Shown piece by piece: positions 38,001 to 47,414 of a stretch of 64,000 bases of DNA (positions within the stretch are counted from its first letter, which is position 1; every line of letters begins with the position of its first letter). Origin of the DNA: an uncultured Candidatus Saccharibacteria bacterium (GTDB taxonomy: Bacteria; Patescibacteriota; Saccharimonadia; CAILAD01; CAZGYV01); the NCBI GenBank assembly GCA_964530725.1, contig CAZGYV010000001.1, forward strand, positions 15,829-79,828. Reading direction: 5' to 3'. Position numbers and translations under genes: made by a program. The notes below the pieces were generated by a model. That model ran no database searches, was not told the origin of the DNA, and was given only the letters and a program-made list of their open reading frames with translations.

Positions 38001-39218
38001 TTATATTTTAGATTTGATCACTTCTAGAGCCCGATCGAGCTGCGGGTCACGACCGGCATTGTAGTCTTGGTCCGATTGTTTGACCTCGACATCTGGCTTA
38101 ACACCTTCTTTTGAGATATTAACGCCTTTTGGTGTATACCAGTGCGCGACAGTTATCTTGACAGCCGTACCGCCCGACAAGTCGAAAAGTTGTTGCACGC
38201 TGCCTTTACCAAAAGTCTTCTCACCTACCAATGTAGCCCGATTGTTATCACGCAGAGCGCCAGCCATAATCTCCGACGCCGAAGCACTGCCGCCGTTAAT
38301 TAGCACCACGACGGGTAAATTAGTCATCGAGCCACCTGGAATAGCTCGGTGGACGATACTATTTTCTTTGCGCGAACGTTGCTCAACGACCACGCCGTCA
38401 CTTAAGAATTCACTGGTGACATCAACTGCGCCCTGCAGATAACCACCTGGATTATTGCGTAAATCTACCACCACACCGCGGGCGCCCTGACGCATTAGCT
38501 CTCTCGCCGCCCCATCAACTCGCTCGACCGTGTCGTCGCCAAAGCGGCTGATTTTAATTAAGCCGATATTACCAGTCTTTAGCTCGGATTTCACACTCTC
38601 GACGGTGATCTCATCGCGAGTTATTTTATATTCCTTGGGGTCGCTACTACCTCGAATAATCGTTAGTTTTACCTCGGTGCCTTTTTCGCCGCGAATTTTT
38701 GACACCGCCACGTCGAGCGACATGGCCGAGGTTTCTTCGTCATTGACAGCCACGATAATATCACCGGCCTGAACGCCAGCTTTGGCCGCCGGCGCATTGT
38801 CAATCGGTGCGATCACAGTTAATTTATCGTTTTTAATGCCAACTTCGATACCAACACCCTTGAAGTTGCCCTTAAGATCGCTGGAGAGCTCTTGGGATTG
38901 CTCGGCCGACAAGAAAGCTGTGTAGGGGTCGCCCAATGATGCTACCATGCCCGCGATCGCGCCTTCGACCTGTTTGTCACTACTAATATCACCGTCAAAA
39001 TGCTTGTGCAGCAGCCCGTTGACCTTCCAGTACTCACTCATGTCATGCTTACTTTTAGTTGAATTAGTGCCAAGAGCACCAATGCTAATATTGGGGTTTA
39101 ACTTGCTAAACAAAAATCCCAACGCGAAAGTTACTATTCCAACGACAATAATTTGCGCTAAATGATTATTTTTCGGCCGCCCGTGATTGGGCGTCTGATT
39201 TGTGGCATTATCCTTCAT
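38001..39218 (-). CDS. ctpA: Carboxyl-terminal processing protease (S41 family, PDZ-containing)
   Basis: PDZ region + GGSASASEIMAGAL (Ser box) and TFGKGSVQ (Lys box). Confidence 0.8.
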   Translation of the reverse strand: MKDNATNQTPNHGRPKNNHLAQIIVVGIVTFALGFLFSKLNPNISIGALGTNSTKSKHDMSEYWKVNGLLHKHFDGDISSDKQVEGAIAGMVASLGDPYTAFLSAEQSQELSSDLKGNFKGVGIEVGIKNDKLTVIAPIDNAPAAKAGVQAGDIIVAVNDEETSAMSLDVAVSKIRGEKGTEVKLTIIRGSSDPKEYKITRDEITVESVKSELKTGNIGLIKISRFGDDTVERVDGAARELMRQGARGVVVDLRNNPGGYLQGAVDVTSEFLSDGVVVEQRSRKENSIVHRAIPGGSMTNLPVVVLINGGSASASEIMAGALRDNNRATLVGEKTFGKGSVQQLFDLSGGTAVKITVAHWYTPKGVNISKEGVKPDVEVKQSDQDYNAGRDPQLDRALEVIKSKI

Positions 39219-39252
39219 AAGTGTAAATAAATGTCAGCAATAAACCTTAAAG

Positions 39253-40362
39253 TTAGTGAATGAAAGTCACAGCCGAGGTTGGCCAATCACTTTCGCTGTA
39301 GTGTCCCGTCATATCGGCGTTATATTCTGATACATGGACAGTGGCACCATTATTTTTAATTGATTCGACAATCATCACGTGGCCATACCGCCCGCCGCCA
39401 TAGACCGCGATCGCGCCAACTTCGGGCGAGCTGTCCACCCGGTAGCCAAAATTGCGCGCCCAATTCGGCCAGGTCTTGGCATCGGCCGGCCCCATTCTAC
39501 CCCAGGCCGGAATAGGCCGACCAATATTGGCCCGCCGCCAAGCCGCGTAGCTGGTACATTCGCGGTAGTAGAAGCCCCACGGGTCAGCTCCGCTATCTTG
39601 CACCAAGTGAGCCCACGGATAGCCGCCGGTACCACCATAGACGTTATTACTTGACCGAGCGGCAATGGCAGCTGCTTGCTGAGCTTTCAGTTTCGCGACA
39701 TCAGCCTTGTCGGATGAGACCAGTTGCTGGTAAGCCGCTTCTTCGCCTTGGGTTTTTGATAGTATACTCTGCTGTTCGTCTCGCTGTCGGTCAATATTAT
39801 CGACCTGGGCTTTTTGCTGAAAAGCTAGGATATCAAGCTTATGCTTTTTCTCATCAAGCTCGCGTTTAAGCTGATCAATTTTGACTAGATTTTCATTAAC
39901 CTTCTGCCTGATAGCAGACAGGTACTCTTGTTTGGAAACATAATCGCTCAAATTATCACTCGAAGCCAATAGCTCGAGCGTGCTGATATTGCCCTGCTTG
40001 TACATGACGACCATGTTTTCTTTGAGGATCTTTTTCTGCTTCTCCAGATCCTCGTTGGCTTTTTTGAGTTGCTCATTAGTCTGGGCTATCTGCAATTTTG
40101 TCACGTTTAGCTCAGCCTGAGCGGAATTAATCTGCCCCTGCAAGACGGCCAACTTATTGTGCAAAGTATTGGCCTCGGCTTGTTTTTGATTGACGGCCGT
40201 CTGATTTTGGTTAATCTTTTCATTAAGAGCGTTGATTTTATCATCGTACTCATCGGCCAAAACCACGCTTGGGACCAAGCCCAATACCAAAACCAAGCAA
40301 CAAATACTTGCTAAAATTTTTGTTTTAAATTGAATTTTAATTAGACCCTCCGGCTTTGTCAT
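39253..40362 (-). CDS. PcsB-like secreted peptidoglycan hydrolase: coiled-coil + C-terminal CHAP domain
   Basis: Signal/TM, ~200-aa heptad coiled coil, CHAP domain with Cys (YRECTSYAAW) and His (YGHVMIVE); immediately downstream of ftsX. Confidence 0.7.
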   Translation of the reverse strand: MTKPEGLIKIQFKTKILASICCLVLVLGLVPSVVLADEYDDKINALNEKINQNQTAVNQKQAEANTLHNKLAVLQGQINSAQAELNVTKLQIAQTNEQLKKANEDLEKQKKILKENMVVMYKQGNISTLELLASSDNLSDYVSKQEYLSAIRQKVNENLVKIDQLKRELDEKKHKLDILAFQQKAQVDNIDRQRDEQQSILSKTQGEEAAYQQLVSSDKADVAKLKAQQAAAIAARSSNNVYGGTGGYPWAHLVQDSGADPWGFYYRECTSYAAWRRANIGRPIPAWGRMGPADAKTWPNWARNFGYRVDSSPEVGAIAVYGGGRYGHVMIVESIKNNGATVHVSEYNADMTGHYSESDWPTSAVTFIH

Positions 40363-40393
40363 TAGTACTAATTATAACACACCCAATCAAGTC

Positions 40394-41305
40394 CTAAAGC
40401 TTCAGATAGCGCGAGATCGCCAGCCAACTCGATATCACGCCTATCAATATACCGAGGCCAAATTCCGCCCCGACGACCAGCAGTAAACGTTGTGAAAAAA
40501 AGTTGATTACTTCGGGCGCGTTAAAGTAACTGACAAAGAATGGCCCCATCCAGCGAATAATCGGCAGTGATATCAAGACCGAAATGGTGGCTCCCAGTAC
40601 GCCATAGAGCGATCCCTCGACGATAAATGGCCCGCGGATAAACCAGTTGGTCGCGCCGACTAGCTTCATAATTTCAATCTCTTCGCGGCGGGTAAAAATC
40701 GCCATACGGATAGTATTGAAGATTATCAACAGCGAAATTACCAGGAAGGCTGTCGAGATAATAGTGCCGGCCTTGGCCACGCCATTGCTGATTTTGATGA
40801 TTTTCTCGTAGATTTTCTTGCGCGTGTCACTATCATCGTAGCTGGTAGACTTAATTATCTTCGAGTAGTCAGGTGCTTTGATAATATTGTTTATCTGATC
40901 GAGCTGACCGGCGTCCTTGGTCTTGACCTCGAGTGAGGCGGGTAGCGGATTGCCGATATCGGGCACTTTCTCGGTCAAGCTTTTACTGTCTTTGCTGATC
41001 GACTCGAAGCGCTTGAGAGCATCGGCCTTTGACACGTAGGTGACCGACTTAACATTATCAAGCGCGACTAGCTTAGCTTGCAGCTCCTTAATCTGATCGG
41101 TCGTGGCCTCGTCTTGTAAGAAAATGGCCAAATCGATTTTTTCCTTCACGGCTGTTAGCTGGGTGTGCAAAAACATGGCCGAAAAAGCGAAAAATGTCAC
41201 GATGACGAGCGTCACTACCATGATGGCGGTAGCGGCCGTCGATAACCAGGCATTGCGGAAGAGATTGCGAAAACCAGTCTTGAAAATTCGCCACAACGTT
41301 GTCAT
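40394..41305 (-). CDS. ftsX: Cell division ABC transporter permease-like protein FtsX
   Basis: N-terminal TM, large extracellular loop, C-terminal 3 TM; follows ftsE. Confidence 0.8.
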   Translation of the reverse strand: MTTLWRIFKTGFRNLFRNAWLSTAATAIMVVTLVIVTFFAFSAMFLHTQLTAVKEKIDLAIFLQDEATTDQIKELQAKLVALDNVKSVTYVSKADALKRFESISKDSKSLTEKVPDIGNPLPASLEVKTKDAGQLDQINNIIKAPDYSKIIKSTSYDDSDTRKKIYEKIIKISNGVAKAGTIISTAFLVISLLIIFNTIRMAIFTRREEIEIMKLVGATNWFIRGPFIVEGSLYGVLGATISVLISLPIIRWMGPFFVSYFNAPEVINFFSQRLLLVVGAEFGLGILIGVISSWLAISRYLKL

Positions 41306-41456
41306 AAAAACACCCCTCTAGAAATAGTCGACCCAAACTGCATCATTTGCGGCAAGTTCAAGGAAAGAACGAGCAGCACAATGAGGCGTACGCAACGGTA
41401 CGATGAACGAGCAGCGCAGTTCTTGACACAGAAATTGCCCAAAGAATTAAGCCCCA

Positions 41457-42155
41457 TCACAGCACGAACCTCCCGACCTTCTCGTCTTTAATAATCCGCC
41501 CACGGTTAATTGTCACGACTCGTTTTTTGAGGGCGTTGACGATTTCTTTGTTGTGCGTCGTCAGCAGGACGGTGGTGCCGAATTTGTTGATCTTAAGCAA
41601 TAACTCAATAATATCCCAAGCGTTTTTGGGATCAAGGTTACCGGTCGGCTCATCAGCGATTAGAATCTTGGGATTGCGCACCAAAGCTCGAGCGATGGCA
41701 GTACGCTGTTTCTCGCCGCCCGATATTTCACCCGGGTAATTGTTGGCTTTTTCTGATAAACCGACCAATTGCAGTATTTTCGGCACTGCTCGCTTAATCT
41801 CAGACGTTTTGACCCCCGATACTTCGAGCGCGAAAGCCACATTTTCATAAACCGTTAGATTGGGCAGCAGCTTAAAATCCTGAAAAACCACCCCAATACG
41901 CCGCCGCAGATGCGGAATATTTGCCTTATCGATAGTGTCATAATCAACGCTGCCGACAATAATTTTACCCGAAGTCGGCACTTCTTCCTTAATAAGTAAA
42001 CGAATCAGCGTCGATTTACCGGCCCCAGAGGCGCCAACAATCGTCACAAACTCTTTTGGGCTGATATGTAAAGATATCCCAGAAAGCGCCACTGTCTTAT
42101 TGGGATACATAACTGTAACACGATCTAATAAAATCACTCTACTATTGTAACGCAA
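41457..42155 (-). CDS. ftsE: Cell division ATP-binding protein FtsE
   Basis: GASGAGKST Walker A, LSGGEKQR ABC signature, ILIADEPTGNLD Walker B. Confidence 0.9.
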   Translation of the reverse strand: MRYNSRVILLDRVTVMYPNKTVALSGISLHISPKEFVTIVGASGAGKSTLIRLLIKEEVPTSGKIIVGSVDYDTIDKANIPHLRRRIGVVFQDFKLLPNLTVYENVAFALEVSGVKTSEIKRAVPKILQLVGLSEKANNYPGEISGGEKQRTAIARALVRNPKILIADEPTGNLDPKNAWDIIELLLKINKFGTTVLLTTHNKEIVNALKKRVVTINRGRIIKDEKVGRFVL

Positions 42156-42214
42156 ACTTAGCCGTAATTTAATAGCCGCTTGGTTTTTTTTCGAGCTATT
42201 TCGAGGTTACCAGT

Positions 42215-43297
42215 CTATCTGGCTAGTTCCTTATTCAAATAGGCTTCGATAAACGGCTCGATCGCGCCATTCAAAACAGCGGCAACGTCCGAAGTTTCGC
42301 AGTCAGTGCGATGATCTTTGACCTTGGTGTACGGTTGCATCGTATAGCTGCGAATTTGCCGGCCCCAATCAGCACTCTTTAATTGGCCGCGGATCTGCGA
42401 GATATCAGCCAGGTTTTGCTCACGGGCATAGTCGCTCAGGCGCGAAGCCAAGATCGAGAGCGCTTTTTGCTTGTTTTTGAGCTGGCTGCGCTCGTTTTGA
42501 ATCGAAACTGTTATGCCGGTCGGCAAATGAGTCAGGCGCACGGCCGAATCAGTCGTATTAACGCTTTGGCCGCCATGTCCGCCAGCCCGATAGGTATCGA
42601 CGCGCAAATCCTTGTCGTCGATTGTGATCTCTGTTGGCGGAATCTCCGGCACGATATCGATAAGAGCAAATGAAGTCTGGCGCAAATTATCAGCGTTAAA
42701 AGGTGATAATCGCACTAAGCGGTGAACGCCCTTTTCGCTTTTGAGCTTGCCGTAGGCGAATTGGCCGGCTATCTCAAGAGTGGCGCTTTTTATACCAGCT
42801 TCCTCGCCGTAAGACACATCCACCAGCTCTGCCGATAAGCCGCTTTTTTCGCAGTACTTAACATACATCTCCATTAACATTTGCGCCCAGTCCTGAGCAT
42901 CAGTACCGCCGACACCGGCTGATATTTGCATGATAGCTGGTGATTTGTCATAAGTACCGGACAGCCTTAGATCAACTAGCATCGCCTTCACGTTTGCTTC
43001 TAGCGCTTCGGCTTGCTGCCGAAATTCCTCCTCCTGATCCGCCTCTGATATTTTCGCCAGTTCAAGGGTCGTCACTAGATCGTTTTCAATATCGCGCCAA
43101 GCCGCGACCGATTTCTTAATATCACTCGCTTCACGACTGATTTTTTCAGCTGCTTCACGATCACTCCAGAGACCTGCGGCAGCCATCTTTTCTTCTAGGG
43201 CTACCAACCTGGCCTCGTCGCCGGCGATATTAAGCGATTCGATCGCCCGGCGCACTTCTTCGAGTAATTTATTTAGTTTATCAATAACTGTTTTCAT
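42215..43297 (-). CDS. prfB: Peptide chain release factor 2 (contiguous ORF, no programmed frameshift)
   Basis: SPF tripeptide (RF2-specific) and GGQ motif (RAGGHGGQSVN). Confidence 0.85.
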   Translation of the reverse strand: MKTVIDKLNKLLEEVRRAIESLNIAGDEARLVALEEKMAAAGLWSDREAAEKISREASDIKKSVAAWRDIENDLVTTLELAKISEADQEEEFRQQAEALEANVKAMLVDLRLSGTYDKSPAIMQISAGVGGTDAQDWAQMLMEMYVKYCEKSGLSAELVDVSYGEEAGIKSATLEIAGQFAYGKLKSEKGVHRLVRLSPFNADNLRQTSFALIDIVPEIPPTEITIDDKDLRVDTYRAGGHGGQSVNTTDSAVRLTHLPTGITVSIQNERSQLKNKQKALSILASRLSDYAREQNLADISQIRGQLKSADWGRQIRSYTMQPYTKVKDHRTDCETSDVAAVLNGAIEPFIEAYLNKELAR

Positions 43298-43337
43298 TAG
43301 CTTTAATTATAACTTATTTAAGTGAATAGACGTTTAC

Positions 43338-43374
43338 CAAACAAAAGACCCCGCTTGTATTTTAAGCGAGGTCA
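43338..43374 (-). terminator. Rho-independent terminator downstream of surface-protein gene
   Basis: GACCTCGCTTAAAATACAAGCGGGGTC hairpin followed by TCTTTTGTTT on minus strand. Confidence 0.55.
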
Positions 43375-43399
43375 AATGTTTTTAAGTTTTAAGTTTTAT

Positions 43400-44620
43400 T
43401 TATTTTTTCCAGCTGCGCAGGGCGTCTTTGAGGGCTTTTTTACCTTTCAGGTAAGTGTAGCCAACGTAGCTTAGACCGCTCATGCCCAGTACTCCGGCAC
43501 CGGCACTCTCAATACCAGTTTGTGGTATTTCGCCGCCGCCAGCAATCACTGGTGCGCTTGGCGTTGGGGTGATTACTTCACCAGGTGTTACAGGTGTTGG
43601 GGTTGGTGTAGGTGTAATCGATGGCGTGACTGTTGGAGTTGGAGTCGGGGTAATAGTTGGGGTTGGCGTAGGAGTCACGCTTGGAGTGGTGGTAGGAGTT
43701 GGTGTAGGCGTAACTTTCGGCTTTTTAACCTTGACGATCGCCTTGTCACAACCCTTTTGGTTGTCATTGGCAGTGAAGCAAGCTTCGTTGTCAATGTAGG
43801 TGCCACCTGGTGTGTTACCATCAACGTTGACAGTAATAGTAACGTCTTTGATTTGATTTGGAGCCACATCAGGGTAGTTGAAGTTAATTACCCGAGTGGG
43901 GTCGCCATTGGCGAGCTTCACTTCGGCTGGCAGCGGGTCGGTCATCTTAATACCGGTTAGCGCGCCAGTACCAACGTTGGTCATATAGACAACGTACTTC
44001 AGCTTGTCGCCAGCTTCGACTTCCAAGGCAGTTTCCTTGGTGTCGGCAGCGTAAGCGGTGTTGGCATCTTTACTGAGGTTGATAACACGCTTATAAATCT
44101 GGCCAAAAGGCTTGTTCATCGGCTTGATGGGGTTACCGCAAGACTTGATGATCGCCCAGTGGAAAGTACCACCTTCCATGCTAACAAAAGCTGGCAAGGA
44201 ATTGGAGTTAAACGATACGGCTGGCGGACGCATCCACAGCGAACCGTCTTTGGTCGAGTTCTGCAAGAACTCACGGCCGGAGCTAAAAACTCCAGTACCT
44301 ACTTGAGCACCGTTCACCCAGACAGAGCCGTCTTTGCGAACTTCGCCCTCGACGGTGTTCGGACTCATAATGCCGGCTTCGGTGATACCGCGGCCTTCAT
44401 TGTAATAAATCTGCTTGAGGTTGGCCGATGAATTCGCACCATCGCCACCATTAATTTTACTGATTAATTCTTGCTTATCAGCCGCGCCACATTTCATCAC
44501 AGCATTGCTGTCACAGTCGCGGGCAGCGTCAACTTTAACTAGTGGCAAGACTATCGAAGCCACCAGTAGCAAAGCGCTAACAATACCAATCAATTTGGTA
44601 CTAATTTTGCCTTTCTTCAT
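43400..44620 (-). CDS. Sortase-substrate-like surface protein: signal peptide, globular domain, (Thr-Pro)n stalk, C-terminal IPQTG-TM-KKALKDALRSWKK sorting signal
   Basis: C-terminal IPQTG + hydrophobic helix + basic tail = LPXTG-type cell-wall sorting signal; TPTPTPT repeats. Confidence 0.7.
   Translation of the reverse strand: MKKGKISTKLIGIVSALLLVASIVLPLVKVDAARDCDSNAVMKCGAADKQELISKINGGDGANSSANLKQIYYNEGRGITEAGIMSPNTVEGEVRKDGSVWVNGAQVGTGVFSSGREFLQNSTKDGSLWMRPPAVSFNSNSLPAFVSMEGGTFHWAIIKSCGNPIKPMNKPFGQIYKRVINLSKDANTAYAADTKETALEVEAGDKLKYVVYMTNVGTGALTGIKMTDPLPAEVKLANGDPTRVINFNYPDVAPNQIKDVTITVNVDGNTPGGTYIDNEACFTANDNQKGCDKAIVKVKKPKVTPTPTPTTTPSVTPTPTPTITPTPTPTVTPSITPTPTPTPVTPGEVITPTPSAPVIAGGGEIPQTGIESAGAGVLGMSGLSYVGYTYLKGKKALKDALRSWKK
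43590..43715. repeat. Imperfect tandem DNA repeats (GGTGTTGGGGTTGGTGTAGG-like) encoding the (Thr-Pro)n stalk
   Basis: Visible periodic GGNGTNGG units; coding low-complexity, not CRISPR. Confidence 0.6.
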
Positions 44621-44791
44621 ATATTCTCCTACTCACCCTCGACTTTATTATTTAACGTAACTATTATTCTACAAGACAAAAGCATTTTTGTCAATACTTT
44701 TTTGTTATGTTTAAGGTTTGAGTTTTTACGTATCCGGTTCTATTAACTACTTTTTAATTAATAGAATTAGAGACGTGAAAATGGTTGGGGT

Positions 44792-44840
44792 GGGGACCCC
44801 CTTCTAGTCGTTTTTTGATAAACGCTAGAAGAGGGTCCCC
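44792..44840. terminator. GC-rich 18-bp-stem hairpin without U-tract at left boundary of high-GC block (actinobacterial-style terminator or boundary element)
   Basis: GGGGACCCCCTTCTAGTCG-TTTTTTGATAAA-CGCTAGAAGAGGGTCCCC. Confidence 0.4.
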
Positions 44841-44865
44841 TTGAACTTGTCAGAGGTGGTCTTGG

Positions 44866-45780
44866 CTAGTCGCCAAAACCGCCAATGTTTGTCGAGCCGT
44901 CGATGCCACCGGCCCCATCAGGGGCTTGGCCGGTTTGGCCGTGCCCCGCGTCGGGGTTGCCGGTGGCCTTGGTGCCACCGCCGGCGATTGAGCCACCACC
45001 ACCATTGCCACCACTAGGTGGCGGACTGGTTGGCGGAGGACTCGTCGGGGGCGGTGGGTTGTTCGGTGGAGGCGGTTGAGCGATTGGCGGCTGAGCTACC
45101 GTACCGCCGCCGCCAGCGTTGGCTGGAGGTACCGGTGAGGCTGGGCCAGCCTGAGTGGCTGGATTGCCTTGCGGTGCTGATGCAGGGTCTGCCTGCGGCT
45201 CGCCGGCCGGAGCCGAACCAGTTGCCTGACTCTGTGCCGCGTCCGCCGCCGGCTCGCCTACTACTGACGTAGCGGCTTCCGAGCTGACAGCCGATGGCGC
45301 ATCCTGGACAACAGCTGCCGGAGTCTCGGTGGGAGCCGGTGTGACCACCGTATCTCCTCTCAAGCTCCAGTTAACCACCGCACCAGCTACCAGCAGCGCG
45401 ACTGCCAGCAAACTGACACCCACGCGGCGACGGAACTGAGACCAGTCCCGCCGATCAGTCTCGGGCACCGTCTTGGGACGGGCCTTGACTGGTCGCACCA
45501 GCGTCAGGGGCTTGACCTTGGTCGCTGGCTCTGGGATTTCCGGTAGCAGCGAGACAACGTCTACGATCACGACATCCGAAAGGATGTGCGTGGTCGTCGC
45601 TGGCGGGCTAGCTGACTCGATGACAGCCAGCGCCATACTGGTCGTCGGCGAAGCTTCCTCTTCCTTGGTCGAACCGTAGAGCACCGGCAGCGCTGTGCTG
45701 TCGGGCTTGAGGAACGATTGCAGATCGAAGACCTGCGCTTCCGCTTCCTCGAACTTCGTGGCCGTCAGTGTCTCTGCCAC
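44866..45780 (-). CDS. High-GC-block protein A: N-terminal cytoplasmic region, single TM, Pro/Ala/Gly-rich tail ending GSTNIGGFGD
   Basis: GTG 45780 with AAGGAGG 5 nt upstream, overlapping TAG stop of upstream ORF (TAGTG). TM helix VGVSLLAVALLVAGAVV; PPPTSPPPTSPPPSGGNGGGG. Confidence 0.5.
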   Translation of the reverse strand: MAETLTATKFEEAEAQVFDLQSFLKPDSTALPVLYGSTKEEEASPTTSMALAVIESASPPATTTHILSDVVIVDVVSLLPEIPEPATKVKPLTLVRPVKARPKTVPETDRRDWSQFRRRVGVSLLAVALLVAGAVVNWSLRGDTVVTPAPTETPAAVVQDAPSAVSSEAATSVVGEPAADAAQSQATGSAPAGEPQADPASAPQGNPATQAGPASPVPPANAGGGGTVAQPPIAQPPPPNNPPPPTSPPPTSPPPSGGNGGGGSIAGGGTKATGNPDAGHGQTGQAPDGAGGIDGSTNIGGFGD

Positions 45781-46082
45781 TATCCCCTCCTTCTCGTTTG
45801 GCGGCAACCAGACTTCTCGGCCCGACGCATGCTGCGCGCGAGTTTGGGATCTCGCATCAACATTCGCCGGGTGTCGGCCATGGCTTCACTCTCCCAGTGC
45901 TCTTGGCGCAACACGTCAAAGTGCTGGGTGATCTTGGCCTGACGTTCCTTGGCGGCCTTGGCGCGCTTGCTCTTTCGACGAGCCTTTTTCAGCCAGCGAG
46001 CGGCGTGAACCGCTACGACATAGCTGAAGATTAGCCCGAGTAATACGGCAGCAATCCAGAATTGAGCCGAGTTTTCACTCAT
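45780..46082 (-). CDS. High-GC-block small membrane protein (101 aa) with Arg/Lys-rich C-terminal tail
   Basis: ATG 46082 one nt after TGA of upstream ORF (TGAGATG); TM FWIAAVLLGLIFSYVVAV; tail KKARRKSKRAKAAKERQAK. Confidence 0.45.
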   Translation of the reverse strand: MSENSAQFWIAAVLLGLIFSYVVAVHAARWLKKARRKSKRAKAAKERQAKITQHFDVLRQEHWESEAMADTRRMLMRDPKLARSMRRAEKSGCRQTRRRG

Positions 46083-46083
46083 C

Positions 46084-46593
46084 TCAACCCCCAAAGCTGC
46101 CGACGTTGGTCGATGTCCCCATCTGGCCATTGCCAGATGGGCCCTGGCGAGCGCCGCCGTAATTGGCGGTCTCGCCGTGTTGGGCGTCCGAGACGTGCTG
46201 CGAGCCCTTGCTCGAAGCGCCACCCGACGAACTACCACCAGGTCCTTGCTTGGGAGTGGACGACGATTTGCCACCTCCTCCACCTGGGGCCGGTGATTCA
46301 CCACTACCGTCTCCACCACTGCCGCCACCTGGTGGTGGCTCGGCTTCTGGAGGGGGTGCCGGCGGCAGTGTGGTCGGTGACACTGTTGTTGTAGGCGGCG
46401 TGGTCGTTGTTGTCGGAGCTACCGTTGTGGTGGTGGCTTCGGTCGATGACGGCGGTGCCGCGTCGCTTGCCGACATGGGGCGGACTGCCACCATCGCCAG
46501 CACCGTAATCCCAACGATCGCGGTCGTAACGATGAGAGCGATATTACGTACCCTCATCGGGTCAATGAAGCGCAAGGGTTGCAAGCGAGCCAT
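46084..46593 (-). CDS. High-GC-block protein B: short N-term, single TM, Thr/Pro-rich then Gly-rich tail ending GTSTNVGSFGG (paralogue of protein A C-terminus)
   Basis: TM IALIVTTAIVGITVLAMVAV; TTTTVAPTTTTTPPTTTVSPTT; C-terminal motif shared with 44866..45780. Confidence 0.5.
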   Translation of the reverse strand: MARLQPLRFIDPMRVRNIALIVTTAIVGITVLAMVAVRPMSASDAAPPSSTEATTTTVAPTTTTTPPTTTVSPTTLPPAPPPEAEPPPGGGSGGDGSGESPAPGGGGGKSSSTPKQGPGGSSSGGASSKGSQHVSDAQHGETANYGGARQGPSGNGQMGTSTNVGSFGG

Positions 46594-46779
46594 TGCTTGC
46601 CCTTTCTACTAGACAATATGTTGACAAGTTTCACTGCTTTTAAGGGATTTAAAAGCAGATTCAAGCCGTCAAGCAGTATTATACTCCTATCAAAGAATGA
46701 TTGGGTGACCCCTCCCATCTCAGGTAGTGAGACGAGAGGGGTCACAGTTGGACATGGACATGGGACAAGTTAGGTTTGC

Positions 46780-47400
46780 CTAGGCAACCTGGCTGCTGGG
46801 TGGAGCGAGCTGCTCCGTCGGCCGGTCGACCTCCTGGTCAGATGAGTCGGCTACCCAGCGGCGAAGACGGATAACCGTCTTCTGTAGCTGGGCGGCTAAC
46901 GCCAAACCGAGCAGCCCACCGGCCATCACCACCCCGAGGTAGATCCCCCAGGGAACGGCAAAGTCACGTTCAGTGGCAGCCTCGATGCTGTGCTCGAAGC
47001 TTCCAGCCAGCAGCCAGAACCCAAGCCAGGAGAGAACCGCACCGCCAATGATGAACAGTGCCATCAAGGCACCGCCAACACCTTCGCGGCCAATTTCGGC
47101 CTCACCGGTGATGCGGCTGAGTGCGATCTGCTCGATCCAGTTTCGCAACTGCACCAAGTAGTCGCTGACGCCGTGGATCTGTTGGTTGACCCCGGCAAGC
47201 CCCTTGGTGGTGTTCTCGTGCTGCCACATGAAGGCATCCCGGGTGGCCGGATCGGCTACCGCGTCGAACGGACTGGCTTGGGCCTGTGGCTGATTGGTGT
47301 CGTCGGCAGCACTTCCGCCACCTTCAGCACCATTCCAGCCGGTCCTCGCCTGCTCCTGGCCGTCGAGGACAGAGTCAACAAAGTCTGGTGTTATCTGCAT
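46780..47400 (-). CDS. High-GC-block membrane protein (206 aa; soluble N-terminal half, 3 predicted TM helices in C-terminal half)
   Basis: AAGGAGG 6 nt upstream of ATG 47400; helices ALMALFIIGGAVLSWLGFWLL, WGIYLGVVMAGGLLGLALAA. Confidence 0.5.
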   Translation of the reverse strand: MQITPDFVDSVLDGQEQARTGWNGAEGGGSAADDTNQPQAQASPFDAVADPATRDAFMWQHENTTKGLAGVNQQIHGVSDYLVQLRNWIEQIALSRITGEAEIGREGVGGALMALFIIGGAVLSWLGFWLLAGSFEHSIEAATERDFAVPWGIYLGVVMAGGLLGLALAAQLQKTVIRLRRWVADSSDQEVDRPTEQLAPPSSQVA

Positions 47401-47414
47401 GATTTCCTCCTTAA

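Noticed and set aside
42215-43297. Looked for the programmed +1 frameshift (CUU UGA C) common in prfB.
   Set aside because: The RF2 ORF is contiguous (360 aa with SPF and GGQ motifs). No in-frame UGA near codon 25, so there is no frameshift site here.
43482-43960. Plus-strand ORFs 43482..43799, 43520..43960 and the periodic GGTGTTGGGGTTGG repeats looked like a possible repeat array or gene.
   Set aside because: They are antisense and frame-shifted shadows of the (Thr-Pro)n stalk of the minus-strand surface protein. The repeats are coding low-complexity, with no spacer-repeat CRISPR organisation.
44885-46612. Numerous plus-strand ORFs in the high-GC block (e.g. 44885..45079, 45018..45272, 46062..46394, 46163..46612).
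   Set aside because: They are Gly/Pro/Arg-rich translations typical of spurious ORFs in high-GC DNA. The minus-strand set has RBSs, coupled overlaps and TM/linker architecture.
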